Assembly: GCA_964016885.1 (NCBI GenBank)
Contig: OZ024747.1
Coordinates: forward strand, 25,172,001-25,236,000
Direction of reading: 5' to 3'
Length of the DNA stretch: 64,000 nt
Source of the DNA: Eledone cirrhosa
Lineage: Eukaryota
Shown here: positions 17,171 to 31,144 of the stretch, one piece after another
Numbering within the stretch: position 1 is the first letter of the stretch
How the letters are laid out: the number at the start of each line of letters is the position of its first letter
The notes under the pieces: model-generated
The model's database searches: none
What the model saw: only the letters and a program-made list of their open reading frames with translations
What the model was told of the DNA's origin: nothing
Translations under genes and position numbers: made by a program

Positions 17171-20100
17171 ACAATTTGTATATGGTATATATCATCATCA
17201 CTGTTTAACATTCATTTTCCACTCTAGAATTTATATATATATATTTCCAAATATGATTTACCACTGTGTATATAATACCTTGGACAGAATCACCTGCGGA
17301 AATCAGACTTTATTTTTTTTTTTTCCATCTAATGCCACATACATCAGCATTGATAACATGAGCTAATGTGAGAGCCTTAATGATGTTGCCTGATCTCCTA
17401 GAAATTCCAATTAAATCTTCCTCAACTAACACTATACTATAAAAGAAAATGAAGAACACATTGGATAATGTAATTTGGGATGCTTGGAGAGCAAAAAACA
17501 CTGGATGGTCATTGTTGGAGTTTTTTTTATCATAGGCCTGCTTGACCATGACACAACAAACCCTAAGTAAAGATCAGAATGAAATACTTTTGGTGATTGT
17601 GTAGGGCTCCACACGTCACTGAGGATATATATACACATAAGTCTACAGTTATAAAGCCAGTACTTTTATTTGTTTGTGTATGCATATTACAGTATATCTA
17701 TGTGTGTGTTGTGAAGGTACATAGCTTAGTGGTTAGAATAATGTCATGAGTTTGATTTCTTGCAGCATGTTGTGTCCTTGAGCAAGACACTTTATTTCCC
17801 ATTGCTGTAGTCCATTCTGTAATTAAGATCCAGTCTTGTCACATGGTTATGCTGAATCTCCGAGAACTATGTTAAGGATGCACATATCTGTGAAATGTTC
17901 AGCCACTTGCAGATTAATTTCATGAGCAGGCTATCCTGTTGATAAAACAACTGGAACACTCATGGTTGGAACAGGTGGAAGTCCAACACATAAATATGTG
18001 TGTATATATATATATATTCATTTACAATGTTATCTGAATAAGGCAGGGAATTTTATAAAAAATATTTTACATTTGTCTTACTGCATCTAATATATTATGC
18101 CTCACCATTGATATTTCCTGCAACTGATTATATTGAGTATTGCTTTTATGCCTTGTAAAATTAGTTTTATCAAACATACTTTGTGGATTATTAGTATTCT
18201 TATTTTTTCTTAATATTAAACTCTTAACATCTTGTAATGATTTAGCAGAAAATATCTAAAAAATAGGGTTGTTAATTCAATTGTTTATAGTCTCTTTACT
18301 AGAAAATAGATTGTGAAAAACTGCAGTAAAACGAAAGTAAATATTCAATGTAATTCAGTTATAGTGTTTTGAACCTTTCAAGAATGTCTTGCTATACAAT
18401 TTCACATAGTAGGACATTAAGAACTAATGAATTTCTTTTATACATAGAATTTTCTTTATATTCATTTTATGGAAAATAAGAAGTGTGTTTGCATTTGTGT
18501 CACACACTCACACTTATTTGTGCTCATATATGTAAAGTGTTAGCGCTGGTATTGTGATAAAATGCACCCAGTACACTCTGTAAAGTGTTAGTACTGGTGC
18601 CATCATAAAATACAGCCAGTATACTCTTATGCATTAGGAAAGGCATCTAGCCATAGAAACCATGCCAAATATGGAACTTATGCAAAAAGTGAGGTCTCTC
18701 TGACCTCACTAGTCTCAAACCATGACAACCCATCCAACCTATGAAAGCAGACATAAAATAATGGTGATATGTACTATATGTTTGTATGTAGTGTATTTGT
18801 GTTTCTAAGTATACTTATCATATGTTTGTGAGTGTGTGTGTAACATATTTATTTCTTGGTAAAGCTTTATGGAAAACTATATTTGTGATTATTGACATTC
18901 AGTTGTCACCTGATCTGTGTGTGCAAGAAATTGATTGGCATCAACTGTTTCCACTAGTTGGTCACATTGATTTATCAACCAGTGCTGTACATATATACTA
19001 AAACAATATGATTGGTTATCTAATGGAAGTATGCAATAATTATTGTCCACAGAACAAGTAGATACCTGATTATATGCAGACAGTTTCTTGCCATACCATA
19101 ACTAAATATGAAGTCAGTGGGAAAGTGCATGGTTTAGTGGTTAGGGTGTTTGACTCACAATTGTAAGGTCATGAGTTCAGTTGCCAGTGGCACATTGTAT
19201 CTTTGAACATGGCACTTTATTTTACGTTTTACGTTGCTCTAGTCCACTCCGTGAGCTAAATTAAGTTGTACCTTAATTCAAAGAAACGGCCTTGTTATAC
19301 ACTAACGCACTGTGTTATGCTGAATTTCCCTGAGAACTACGTTGAGTGTATATGTGTCTGTGGAATACTCAGCCACTTATACTATAATACTAGATGGACT
19401 GTATCTGTAAGTTGAGCAGTCAACCTTAGAATAACGTTAAGAGAACATATGTTTACGGCATGGCCATCCAATTACACTACAATACAAGATGGTCTATACC
19501 TGCAATTCAAAGGGTCAGCTTTGTCTTACACTGTGTTATGCTGCTTCTCTTCAAGAACTACATTACAGTTCATGTCTGTGGAATGCTCAACCACTGATCA
19601 AACAACTGGAGCACTTGTTGGAACTGTCTAAAGCCTAACACACACGTCTGTTGAATGCTCAGCCACTTGCATGATAATTTCCCAAGCATGCTGTTTCAGT
19701 GATCAAGCAACTGGAATACTTATTTTACAAATAGATGTGTTGAAGACTAATGTAACTCCCATAATAATACAATATATGATGACTTTGTAGTTGACATAAA
19801 TCACAAAACCATGGCTTGTTTGATTTATATTTCATATTGATGAAAAATAGCATCTCCATCTTTCTGGATATTAGTCTGCTTTCCAAAAACAAACAGTTCT
19901 TTTTTTACACTTGACCCCTTTACCATATTTATAATAAAAGGCACTGCCTGTAATTTTCAAATAATTTACAAAATAGAAAATTTGAAGATGTAGGATTTTT
20001 TGGATAAATATAAAACAAGTAGTTTTGTAGAATACATAGAACCAAATCCAGTTTTGTATAGTATAGTGTTGAAATGGTTAAATGAGCTGCAGATAAAGTA

Positions 20101-20380
20101 ATGCAGCCTCTACAACAGTACATTGTCTGCATATTACCTTGATCTAAATCACTCAGCCATGGCTATTATATTTTAATTAATTACTAATGTTATTTCAGAC
20201 TTTTCTATTTGATGTGGCTATTCTATTGAGCTTCAATCCTCATTGATTCCCCTTTCTCCTTTCATTTTCTCCTGGACTTTTCACATAGCTTCTCAAGCCA
20301 TATTATGAAGGGAGCCTCCTAAGAAAATTAACCTAAACTAGTGTTTCTCAAGGTGAGGAATGAGACTTTAGAATGGAGCA

Positions 20381-20530
20381 TATATACTATGATATATGCT
20401 ATGGTATATACTGTGATATATACTATGGTATATACTGTGATATATACTATGGTATATACTGTGATATATACTATGGTATATACTGTGATATATACTATGG
20501 TATATGCTATAATATATACTATGATATATA
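20381..20530. repeat. 24-bp minisatellite (two 12-bp subunits), ~6 copies
   Basis: atggtatatactgtgatatatact repeated in tandem. Confidence 0.9.
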
Positions 20531-21280
20531 TCATGCTTTATATTAATTTTGTCTGATCATGATGGGGTACTTTAATTGTATTTAAGATAATTTTGTTAAA
20601 TAATACTCCAAACATTAGCTTATTAATGAAAAAGTTATTTTATTAAATTATTCCAAAATCTTGATTATTCTCAAAATTAATTGACACATATAGGCAATGT
20701 ATTTCATTAGAAGTACAGTAACGAAAGTGTTAATGAGAGTAACTGATCAGGAAGAGCACTTTTACAATCTTTAGTTCAGTGTATATTAGTCACACAATCT
20801 ATTTGAGTTAGATGTAGAAACTATATAAGTATTCTTACATACGTATGAGAGAATATTGCTTTGACACACATAGATACACACACACATGACCTAATTACAT
20901 ACATTATGAGTTAATGGGAGCATATTATCAGGAACTGGACTGTGACGATTTTGACTCTCCTTTGACTCACCTCCTGCCTAGAATATCTGAATAACATACT
21001 CTCTGATTTAACACTTTCTTTACAAAATTTCTAATGAAAGACACTGCTTATGATTTTAAATTATATTTTTTATAATCAAGAATTTGTAGGGATTTAGTGA
21101 TATAACTTTTTCATTATTAAGCTGGTGTTAACAAAGTTACTTAGATAAAATTATGGTGAAAGGTTTTTTAGATAAATATAAGCACTTTAAAAGAAACAGC
21201 TGCATATCATAGAATCTAGGGCAGTTTGGTATCAAAAGGATTAAGTGGAGCTACTTTATAAACATTATTATACACTTGCC

Positions 21281-21473
21281 TGGGGCGGTGGATTGGAAGT
21301 ATCGGTAGAGGGTTGGACACCATGCTTTCCAGTATAGTTACGTCCCTTTACGATCTGAGTTCAAATCCCACCGAGGTTGACTTTGCCTTTCATCCTTACG
21401 GGGTCGATAAAATAAAGTACCAGTAATGCACTGGATAATTGCTGGCCTTGTGCCAAAAGTAGAAACAATTATT
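21281..21473 (+). mobile_element. tRNA-derived SINE (family A)
   Basis: Near-identical to 1820-2010; flanked by an attattatacac duplication. Confidence 0.85.
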
Positions 21474-22539
21474 ATACACGAATATATTGAGACTCGATCA
21501 TATTTTGTCTGGTATACTACATAATTAATGATTAATAATTTTGGTATAAGGCCAACAATTGGGGGCAGGAGTCAATTGAATCAACCCAAGTACTTGGAAG
21601 GATGAAAAGCAAAGTTGACCTTGGTGGGATTTGAACTCGGAACTTAAAAAACTATAACTAAATATACTACATAAGTAAAATGTGAATGGTCGAATGGCTT
21701 CAATATTTACTTCATGTTTATATGGTTTTGGATTCAGTGTCACTAAGAAGCACTTTGAGTGTGTTTTTCTTTTACCCACGATTATGAGACGAACACCTTA
21801 ACTTCTAATCCACACACTTTCACAATACTATGAATAGGTAGTTCCAATAATGGAACAACTGGAACACTGAATGTTGAAACAAATACAAAATTCATTATAC
21901 TATATAACTAATTTCATAACATTCTGTTTTTATTTGAATTAGAGAGCATTTGACTCAAATATACTGGTTAAGAAAAATGTTAGTCTCTGCTAAGCCCAAA
22001 AGCTCATCAGGCTGGAGTTTATTCTGGTTCCATTAGCATTAAGTGACAGTATAAGACTTCCTCTTCGGATAACACACCTGTCCATCACAGGGTTAGCCTC
22101 CAGCTACGGCTAGTACTCATTTTCAGTTGTTGACTGGAGCAGTGTGAAATTGAGTATTTTACTCAAGAACGCAATGCATTACCCAATCTAAGAATCAAAT
22201 TTAAGACCTTATGATTGTAAGCCCAACACCCTAATCACCAGGCTTCACGCTTTCACCAAGGTCTAGGGAGAAATTGAGGAGACTTGAAACTTTGTGATAG
22301 TCGTAGTGATCCCATGCTCTTATTAATTTGGCTTATAACCTTTGGTTAACATTCTTGTTACACATTTCCAATGAAATACAGAGCCTAGATGTTTTGATTT
22401 CAAAAACAACAAAAAATGTAGAGGAATTTAATAAAATAACTAACTTTTGTTTACATTATTAAACAAAACTATGTAGCAACATGCATAACATTAAAACAGA
22501 TGACATTCCAAATAATGTTTTGCTAATTTGTAAACTTGC

Positions 22540-22710
22540 TTTCATCACTATTAGCATCATAGCCACCACCATCATAATCATTGTTGTTGACATAATCATC
22601 ACTACCATCATCACAACGCCAACCATCATTGTCATCATTATTGTCACCCCTATCACCACCATCACCCATCACTACCACTATCATCACCACATCATCAGTA
22701 CCCTCATCAT
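22540..22710. repeat. Degenerate (CAT/CAC)n microsatellite
   Basis: Visible trinucleotide array that causes the Ile/Thr/His-rich spurious ORFs. Confidence 0.85.
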
Positions 22711-24362
22711 TCAGAGCAAAACTGACAAGTCCATAAATATATCAATGTTTTTAAAATTGTATTGCTTCTTTTGGCATTTAGATCACTCTGATTTGATCGT
22801 TGTCCTCCTACCACTGACATTTAAACAATTGCTTTACAATGTTAACCTGACCTGTTGTAGTTTTTTTAAAACTTAGCCCTTTTGTTTACAATATTTTTAA
22901 TGAAAAAACATTGCATATGATTTTGAAACTATTTTGAAAAGAATCTTAAATTTGGAGAGATTTAGTAATATAACTAACTTTCTTATTAAGCTGGAACATA
23001 ATAAGGTTTTTTTACTTAAATTTATGATGGAAGGCTTTTAGATAAATATAAACACTTTAACTCTTTCATTACTCTAATGAAAAGACACTGCCTATGATTT
23101 TTAAATAATTTGGAAAATAATCAAGAATTTAGCGGGATTTAATAATATAATTAACTTTTTCTTTATTTAGTTTGTATTTGGAATTAAACATCTCAATTTG
23201 GTCTGATTTGCTTGGGACCCGCCTACTACTGACATTTTACAAAATACTTTACAATGTTAACTTGACCTGCTGCAGTTTTCTTGAATTTAACCCTTTCATA
23301 GGTGCTTTTCAATGAGTAATGGATGTTATAATTATCGTCATCATTGTTTTTATGTCCGCTTTCCATGCTGGCATGGTTTGGACTGGCAGTCACATTCTGA
23401 GGTTAGATCAATGAGGTGACCATGCTTGTATGTTTCATATTTGGCATGGTTTCTATGGCTGGGTGCTTTTCCTAACACCAACCACCTTTTTGTTGTTTTT
23501 TTTTCATAGCACCAGAACTAACATTTTACAGGGTGGACTGGGTTCATTTTTACCAACACAGTTCATGCCTATTTCAATATTATTGTTATTGGTAAAACAA
23601 CTAAGGAGCACAATAAGAACTTGACTTAATTTGATAATTCAATTATTAAGAGACTCAGTATTACATTGACCAATGCCAAATATCTTCTATGCCAAACATT
23701 AGTTGCCTGGGATACAGAATTGAAAATAATTCTCTGCTGCCTAACCCAGAAAGATTACTCCTTTTGGTACAAAACCACCTGAAACTACCCGTGGTTCTAT
23801 AGTACAAAACTGTTGATATTTATCTAAAAACCTTCCAAGTTAATTTTATGTAAGAACATTTAAGTAATGTTCCAAATACCAGTTTTTTTCATTACCATAT
23901 TTCTAATGAAATAAACCACCAATGTTTTACAATTAATTTTTAAAATAATCAAAATATAAAAATATAACCAATTTTCTTATTAAGCTGGTATTTGGAATAT
24001 ATCATGATCATCGTTTAACATCCATCTTCCACGCTAGCATGGGTTAGAAGGGGTTGTTCCATTTAGAGGCAAATTGGGTTGGGTGATCGTGTCTCACTCA
24101 TGTAGGACTGTTTCTGGCTGGTTTCTAAGGCTAGATGTCCTTCCTAGCGCCAAACTGTACAAAACTTTCTTACATAAAATTAGAACACTTTAAAACAGTG
24201 TATTGTGTAACCTGGCTGATAATGAAATGGTTAATAATGAGAAAGTTATTTTCAAATTCTTATTACTTTTTTTTATTTTTTGAAAATCATACACAGTGTC
24301 TTTTATAAGAAATACAATAATGATTTGTGTCTATTTTTCTGCCAGGGAACATAACATCAACT

Positions 24363-25047
24363 ATGTATAATCAAGGAGCCAGGTATGGGCACTTTGTGAA
24401 CCATGGGAGTCGTCAGGCATTGATGGGTTATCACAACTCCCGTGGGCGTTTTGATCAGCAGATCCTCAGACGGATACCTCTTCAAGAAGCTCACCGACCA
24501 CGTGTTCCTCCAGGTAGAAACGCTCATACAGCAAGTTATGTACAGCGAACGCACTGGTTCCCTAACTACAGGCGTGGAAACCAGCGTGGCATGGTTGCTG
24601 GGAACGTGGACCGACGTAGCAACCAAAGGGGCCACCGAAATGCCACACACCACCACCACCACCACAACAACCAACAGCAACACCGGAACAGCATTCAAAG
24701 ACACATAGAGGACAATGCAGATGTATGTTTTATATGTGGAGATTATCTGCAGAACTCAGCTGAAGTAGGCATACATCTGTGTGATGGAGGCCCGAATCCA
24801 AGAGCACAGTTGCCAAGTCACCAGGTGAGAGTGCACCATCAACCTAGAGTGAGAGCTGCACGAATGGGACATAGCAGTGACTCTTTACAACAGGAGGTGG
24901 TTGTTGCAGGTGCAGTCTCTGAAGCAGTCGCTGCAGCTGTTGCTGCTCCTCCCTCTCCATCTTTTCATCGTGCTCATCCTTCTTCTCCTTCTGATAATCA
25001 TGAAGTTGAAGAAGATAGCGATTCCGAAGACATGCAGTGTCATTTTG
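24363..25047 (+). CDS. KCTD-like BTB/POZ protein, coding exon 1 (R/N/H-rich low-complexity region, CxxC-x12-HxC motif)
   Basis: Acceptor ctatttttctgccAG at 24345, ATG at 24363, a 685-nt GC-richer open frame and donor G|GTAAGT (phase 1) matching the next exon. The true start could lie on an upstream exon. Confidence 0.75.
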
Positions 25048-25089
25048 GTAAGTAGGCTTGGTTGGTTTTTACACTTTTTTAATTTTTAA

Positions 25090-25500
25090 ACTAAGTAGCA
25101 GACATTGATTGACTGTTGCCTTTTTGTCGGTTGCCATCAAGACCTCTGGTGTCCTTGGTCTCCAGACTACCACAGAGATGCAGAGGATTAAATATCAGGC
25201 ATTGGCTGACTGTTTCCTTTTTTTTTGTTGGTGGCCATTGTGTCTTCAGTCCCTGGACTGCTGTTTTCCTCCCCCAAATCGGAAGGAGAGCATTACACTC
25301 GAGGAAGTATGGCTGATGCAGCAGATATTGTTGGTCCTCTGCAGCAATCTTTTTGCCAACTTGTTCACAAGGCACATCTGAGATGTACTGTCCAAGTGAG
25401 AAAGGAATGCGAGGTGGAATAGCTGATGCAGTGAGTATCACTGGCTGTTTTCCATAGCAATACTTTCACCTTGTTTGCAGGGTCTAGCTGAGATGTACTG
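25090..25500 (-). mobile_element. RTE-clade LINE 3' remnant
   Basis: Decayed RT C-terminal motifs (...KVGKK..AEDQQYLLHQPY...; G.RPPTKK...W) typical of RTE-like elements. Multiply frameshifted. Confidence 0.4.
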
Positions 25501-26859
25501 TCCAGCAGTATGTATAGTTTGCCTTCATCATTTCTCACTCAACCTTTTTCTTTTTGTTTGTAAACATATACAATTGAATATGAAATTTTGAATCAATTAA
25601 ATTTATTATTTATTTAGCTATCATTTATCAGGCAGCAAATTGAATGTTGGCTGGAATGCTTTGCAGCATTTATTCTAACCCTCTTGCACTCTGATTTCTA
25701 ATCCTGCAAAAATCAATTTGCCTGGTCCAATACTGAGATCAATTCTTCCTTTATCTCTCATTCTTCCTTTTTTCTCTGGAGGAAATTAGCTGTGTTCAAA
25801 CCTAGTGAGGAATGGAGTCCACCAGATTTAAAATACCTAAGATATAGTGCATGTCAGCACAGCACCTATACAGTTCCATAAGCATTTCAAGGCCAATGGA
25901 TGGAAGGAGAGAATCTTATACTAAGAAATTTTAAATTTAAGAAATGGAATCACATTTAAGAACTATTGTTGATGGGCAGTAGTTATTCATTACAGTAAAT
26001 TACCTTATGAACTAAAACTCCTTCATTCCAGTGTCGCTAGTTAACAGGTTTAAGGGGCTTAAAATAGGGAATTGTGAATTTGATCTCAACACTGTAGAGA
26101 ACCCAAATCTGTCATTTCAAAGTGCATTTGATGCTCTATCATATTGCTCTCTCTCTATATATATATAAAGGATTGAGAGGACACTTTAGTTGTGTCAAAG
26201 ACACAACTTCTTTTGTGTTGGTGATCCACATGATAAACGCACCCTGTACACGCTGTAAAGTGTTTGGTGATAAGAAAGGCATCCAGCCGTAAAAAGTTGC
26301 CAAACAACGGATTGCGGGGACCCTTTAGTTGTGTCAAGGACATGACAGCCTCCCTAGTGCTGGTGTTCTACACAATAAAAGCATCCAGTACACACTGTAA
26401 AATGGTTAGTGTGAGGAAGGGCATCCAACCATAGAAAGCTTGCCAAATAGGGGTTAAGGGGACCCTTCAGTTTGTGTCAAAAGATACAATTTCTCGGCAC
26501 TGATATGACCATACATAAGTGGAATATAGACCCTTTGGCCTGTCTGGAAAGTCAGTAGCCCCACTTCAGTGCTGACTTGGTTTATGTAGACCTGTTCAAC
26601 CCTTGTTAGCAGAGAAATCAGACATTAAATGATGATGATATATATATAGAAAATGTAGAAAAAGAGCAGTTAGAAACTCTATACAAAATACGCAACCTAA
26701 ATCTTGGGTACATAAGAGAAGTAGTGGACTAGCAGGTAGACTAACAAAAAAGGTAGACTTTTTATATGACAGAATATACAAGGATAGTTAGTAGTAATAA
26801 CATCAACACAATGAACTTTTTCTAATCCCAGGAAAGCTTCATAGAAGTAGTCAATAGCT

Positions 26860-27350
26860 TCTGCTACCTAGGTGATCTAATTTGCAGTTAGAATAGGAAC
26901 AGGATGGAAAAAGTTCAGGGAGCTACTATCTCTGTTGAGAACAAAAGGTTTCTCTCTGTGAATGAAAGGCTGACTGTATGATGCAATATTACAGGTAGTA
27001 AGACATGGGCCGCAAGTGCAGAAGACATGTGAATGGTGGAGAGAAATAAAATGGTCATTCTCTAATGGATGTGCAATGTTAATGTGCATGAATGAGCTCG
27101 GAGAAAAACTGGGTATAAGAGGAACCAGATGTAATGTGCAAGCGAAAAGACTGCACCAGTATGGACATGTGGTACATATGGATGAATATTGTTTGGTGAA
27201 GAAGTGGCAGGAAATCCCAGTTGAAGTTAGTGGCAGTAGAGGAAGATCTGGAGATAGGTTATGAGAGCTGTTCTCAAATCACTGAGAATTACAGTAGAGA
27301 GTTGTCCAACCCATGCAAGCATGGAAAAGTTGAAGTAAAATGATGAAGAC
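26860..27350 (+). mobile_element. RTE-clade LINE 3' remnant
   Basis: RIGTGWKKFRELLSLL...RLHQYGHVVHMDE...GRGRS, with a tail gtccaacccatgcaagcatggaaaa that is shared with many short copies in the window. Confidence 0.7.
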
Positions 27351-27434
27351 TATATATGTATGTGTATATATATATAATATTTAAAAACAGTTTTGTTAAG
27401 TCAAATGTTTATAGTATTATTACTAGAGAACATG

Positions 27435-27619
27435 TGGCGGTGGATTGGCAGTGTCGGTAGAGGGTTGGACGCCATGCTTTCCATCATAGTTACGTCCCTT
27501 TACGATCTGAGTTCAAATCCCGCCGAGGTTGACTTTGCCTTTCATCCTTACGGGGTCGATAAAATAAAGTACCAGTAATGCACTGGGTAATTGCTGGCCT
27601 TGTGCCTAAAGTAGAAACA
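27435..27619 (+). mobile_element. tRNA-derived SINE (family A) with 19-bp TSD
   Basis: Full copy flanked by attattactagagaacatg at 27416-27434 and 27620-27638. Confidence 0.9.
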
Positions 27620-27889
27620 ATTATTACTAGAGAACATGCCATTCTGCAGATTTGTAGTATTAGAGTTGATACTTTTATTTTTGAAAGTGATGCATACATG
27701 TGCTCATGGTACTTTTCAAGAATGTCTTGTTAATGGGGTTTCATATGGTGCAGGACACTGTAAATTAAGCTTGCATGCTAACTGCCACATTGGTGTATGA
27801 GGAACCTATAGGTTCACAGCACCATTGCCACAAATAACAATGCTTATGTCTTAGCATCTTATATATTATGAATGTTGTGTTTCTTTCAG

Positions 27890-28233
27890 AATCTTTGCTT
27901 GAAGGCTGCTTAAATGACCTTCAATCCCGCTACCAGAATGCAACAGAACGTTTACAGGAAGGTCTGTCTAGCAAAGCAGATGAGATTCGCAAGATTTACC
28001 GTATTGTACAGAAAGATAAAAAGAAAACCAGAGAGTTGAAGGCTGAAATGAATGACCGAGCTGCGGAGCTTGATGTAAGAGAAGGTGAACTGAAGACTCT
28101 TCAGGACAAAATTGAGAAAAGTAAACGAGCTCTTGAAGCCGACAGTGAACAACAGGCTAAGGAAGTATCCCGTCTTTGGCAACAGCTCAAGGATGAATAC
28201 AACCGGATTGAAAATGTTTACACAGTACAAAAA
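27890..28233 (+). CDS. KCTD-like BTB/POZ protein, coding exon 2 (coiled coil)
   Basis: Acceptor ttctttcAG (phase 1), E/K/Q-rich heptad-like sequence ESLLEGCLNDLQSRY...VYTVQK, donor AAA|GTAAGT (phase 0). Confidence 0.88.
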
Positions 28234-30660
28234 GTAAGTGTTTATCTCCATTTCTGTTCTTTAATATCTAGGCCTACATTGCAAATGTGTTCTTTATTTT
28301 TAGAGATAGTAGGATGTGAGATACGGGAATTTGGTGCTATTTCCAGCAGGTTGAGTGACCATGTAGAGGCTCTCTTATTTCTGTTAAGTTTGAAGAGGTG
28401 TAGCAGTCACTATTGTCTTTTTAGTTTTAACTCTTTTGTGATTGTATTTCTGATTAGATAAACTCTATTCAATTAGCTAATGAAGAATTTTGAAGAATTT
28501 GCTAAAATTATTATTTTATTAAGAAGATAATAACTTATCATATTGTTCTTATGTAAAATTATGTTCGAAAGTTGTAATTTAAATAGGAACTCTTTAATAT
28601 GGGTGGTCCTGTTTCATAGAACCATAGGCAGTTTTTGCTGGGTTAGTATCAAAAGGGTTACTTATTCAAAGTAGTCAAAAGGACTGGTGTATAGTCAGTG
28701 TGATCCTTCATGGTTCAGTTTTTGTTGTTGTTGTTTGTTTTTAATTTTAGTCGGTTTAGTTTGATCTGGAAGAAAGGGCTGTACATATAGCTCATCACAG
28801 GACCGCTGGTATCTTAATAGAAATGATCATATTAGATAGCGAGATGCTGGGTACACTGTTTAGAAATAAGATGTTATAGTCACGGCAGCAATGTCTTTGA
28901 TTATAGGTAGTTTGCTCAATCAAAACTGAACTAACAAATTAGCTCTAAAACTAACTAAAACAGAATTAATTACGAGTTATTTCCCTTACCTCTTTTATAT
29001 CTCAAATGAGATATAAAACTTGCCAATTTTTGTTCCATCCTTTCACATGTAAGACTAATCCAGCCCAAATTTTTCTTTACACTCTGCAATAAATTATTTA
29101 TTTAATATTACCCTCATCAATGTGTAGGCTAAATGGTTAAGAAGTTTGCTTTGCATTTTATCATGGCACCAGTAATTGAAAGCTTGTTCAGAATGAAGAG
29201 TCCTCTCAAACCTTATATTGTCTTGATTTGATCACTAACACTTTTGTGACTGATCTGAAATCACTAAAGCCCATTGTAGAGATGACAAAGGATCACGAGT
29301 GGAGAGATGTGCTGAAAAGGACTCGTCCAACACATGCAAACATGCAAAAGCAAATGTAAAATGATTATATATATAATCATCATCGTTTAACGTCCATCTT
29401 CCACGCTAGCATGGGTAGGCTATATATATATAAGCAATAATGAGCCCCACAAATTGGAAGGGCTCTGGCTCTTTCAATGCATTGAGTCCATCAAAATCAA
29501 CAGTTAGATTGTGTTGATATAGTGGTTATTATCTAATGAATAAGAAATAGAAATGTTCAACTTTTCAAGTCTTTGATGCAGTACCATATTAATAGCTATT
29601 TACCCCATTTCTTTTTTGCTTTGCAAAATTTGTTCTGGTTCCTTATGCTCTGAATGAGGTCAACTTTACTTTTCATCTTTCTGGGATAGATAAAATATAA
29701 TACCAGTTAAGTTTTAAGATCAATATAATCGACTTTCTCCTTGTGCCAATATTAGAAAAAAATTAGCCCTTCACCAAGGTTATGAATGTTCAGAAATGAT
29801 AGAAGACTGTAATAGTCCTACTGATGTATTTGTTGATCCAGTGTCACGTTTAACAACATATATATTGAGAGAGATGCAAATAATTTACATATGGATTGAT
29901 AGGGTGGAATTTACATATAGATTGATTAATTCACTTGAACCATTTCCATTTCACATTGAAAAAAGGGTATTATTAGCCCTGAAATAGGTTGAAATATACG
30001 AGGTTTTGTTTTGTTTTAATTTGCCCTTTAAGTATTTCTAATTATCAATCATTTATACAGTAAGCTATATTATTTATCTTCTTACTGAATGAAGAGACAT
30101 TTTGAAAAGTTACTTTTTCTGAAAATATTACTTTTAAATCAACTTTGTAGACCACCATTTTAAATAACGTGTAAATCTCTGTTCCACTTCTACAACCACA
30201 AATCTGTCTCGGCTTCTCTTTCTCATGTAATATGCTTGGTAAAATAAACAGCTGTAATGAGTGGTATTCTAAAGAACAGATCTAACCCAGATCTATCAGC
30301 TGAGAAGGCAATTATTAATTATACAGGTTTTTTGGAATGATAATAATATAAACAACAGTTTCTAATTCAAGCACAAGGCCAACAATTTTTTGGGGGTTAG
30401 GGAGTTGATTATATCAAGGCAAAGTTGGCCTTGGCTGGATTTGAATGCAGAATGTAAAGAGCTATAAGAAGTATTTTGTCTGATGCCATAACGATTCTGC
30501 CAATCCTCCACTTTAACAATAATGGATACATTTAATATTAATAATAGTTCCTTACTGTCTTTCATGTTATCTTAAACTTATTGTTTCTGTGAAGAGAATT
30601 TACTCAGTGATAGTTTTATCTGGTTGAATGCAGTGGATATCCTCCAGAAAAACAAACTTA

Positions 30661-31144
30661 CCATATATACTCGAATATAAGCCAACCTCCTATTTTATGT
30701 CTGAGAAATAGGCAAAAATCCAAACCCTGTTTATAAGCCAAGGCGGTAATCAACACATCGTTTAGATGGGGCAGTTTTGAAATTCTTTGAAGTTTTAATA
30801 TTTTGATATTTAAAATGTTTGAAGTATCATTTAGAGTATAGTTTTTGTTTCACAACTCCATTACATAATGATATTTCCCCAATTTCCGACCATTTTGAAT
30901 ACTATATTCATTCAAAACACACAAAAAACAATAGGAAATATGAATTTCATGTTGAAAGTGAAACCAGTGTAATATTCATCTCCAAAAGCGAGAATATTTT
31001 AGCACCTCATTTACGTAGAATTTTGAAGTTGGTGAAAATCGGTAAAATAAATGTTGAATATTAACCGACCCCCACCACTGCCACCATTTTACCATGGATT
31101 TTTTTTTTTGTCACATATTTCTCAGCTTATATGAGTATATATGG
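30661..31144. mobile_element. Tc1/mariner (Tc2/pogo-like) MITE
   Basis: TA|CCATATATACTCGAATATAAGC ... GCTTATATGAGTATATATGG|TA terminal inverted repeats with a TA duplication. Confidence 0.8.

Noticed and set aside
21985-22015. Minus-strand CTGATGA
   Set aside because: No GAAA core; it lies in a SINE-like repeat.
22459-22876. Hydrophobic/His-rich ORFs resembling membrane proteins
   Set aside because: Translations of a (CAT/CAC)n microsatellite.
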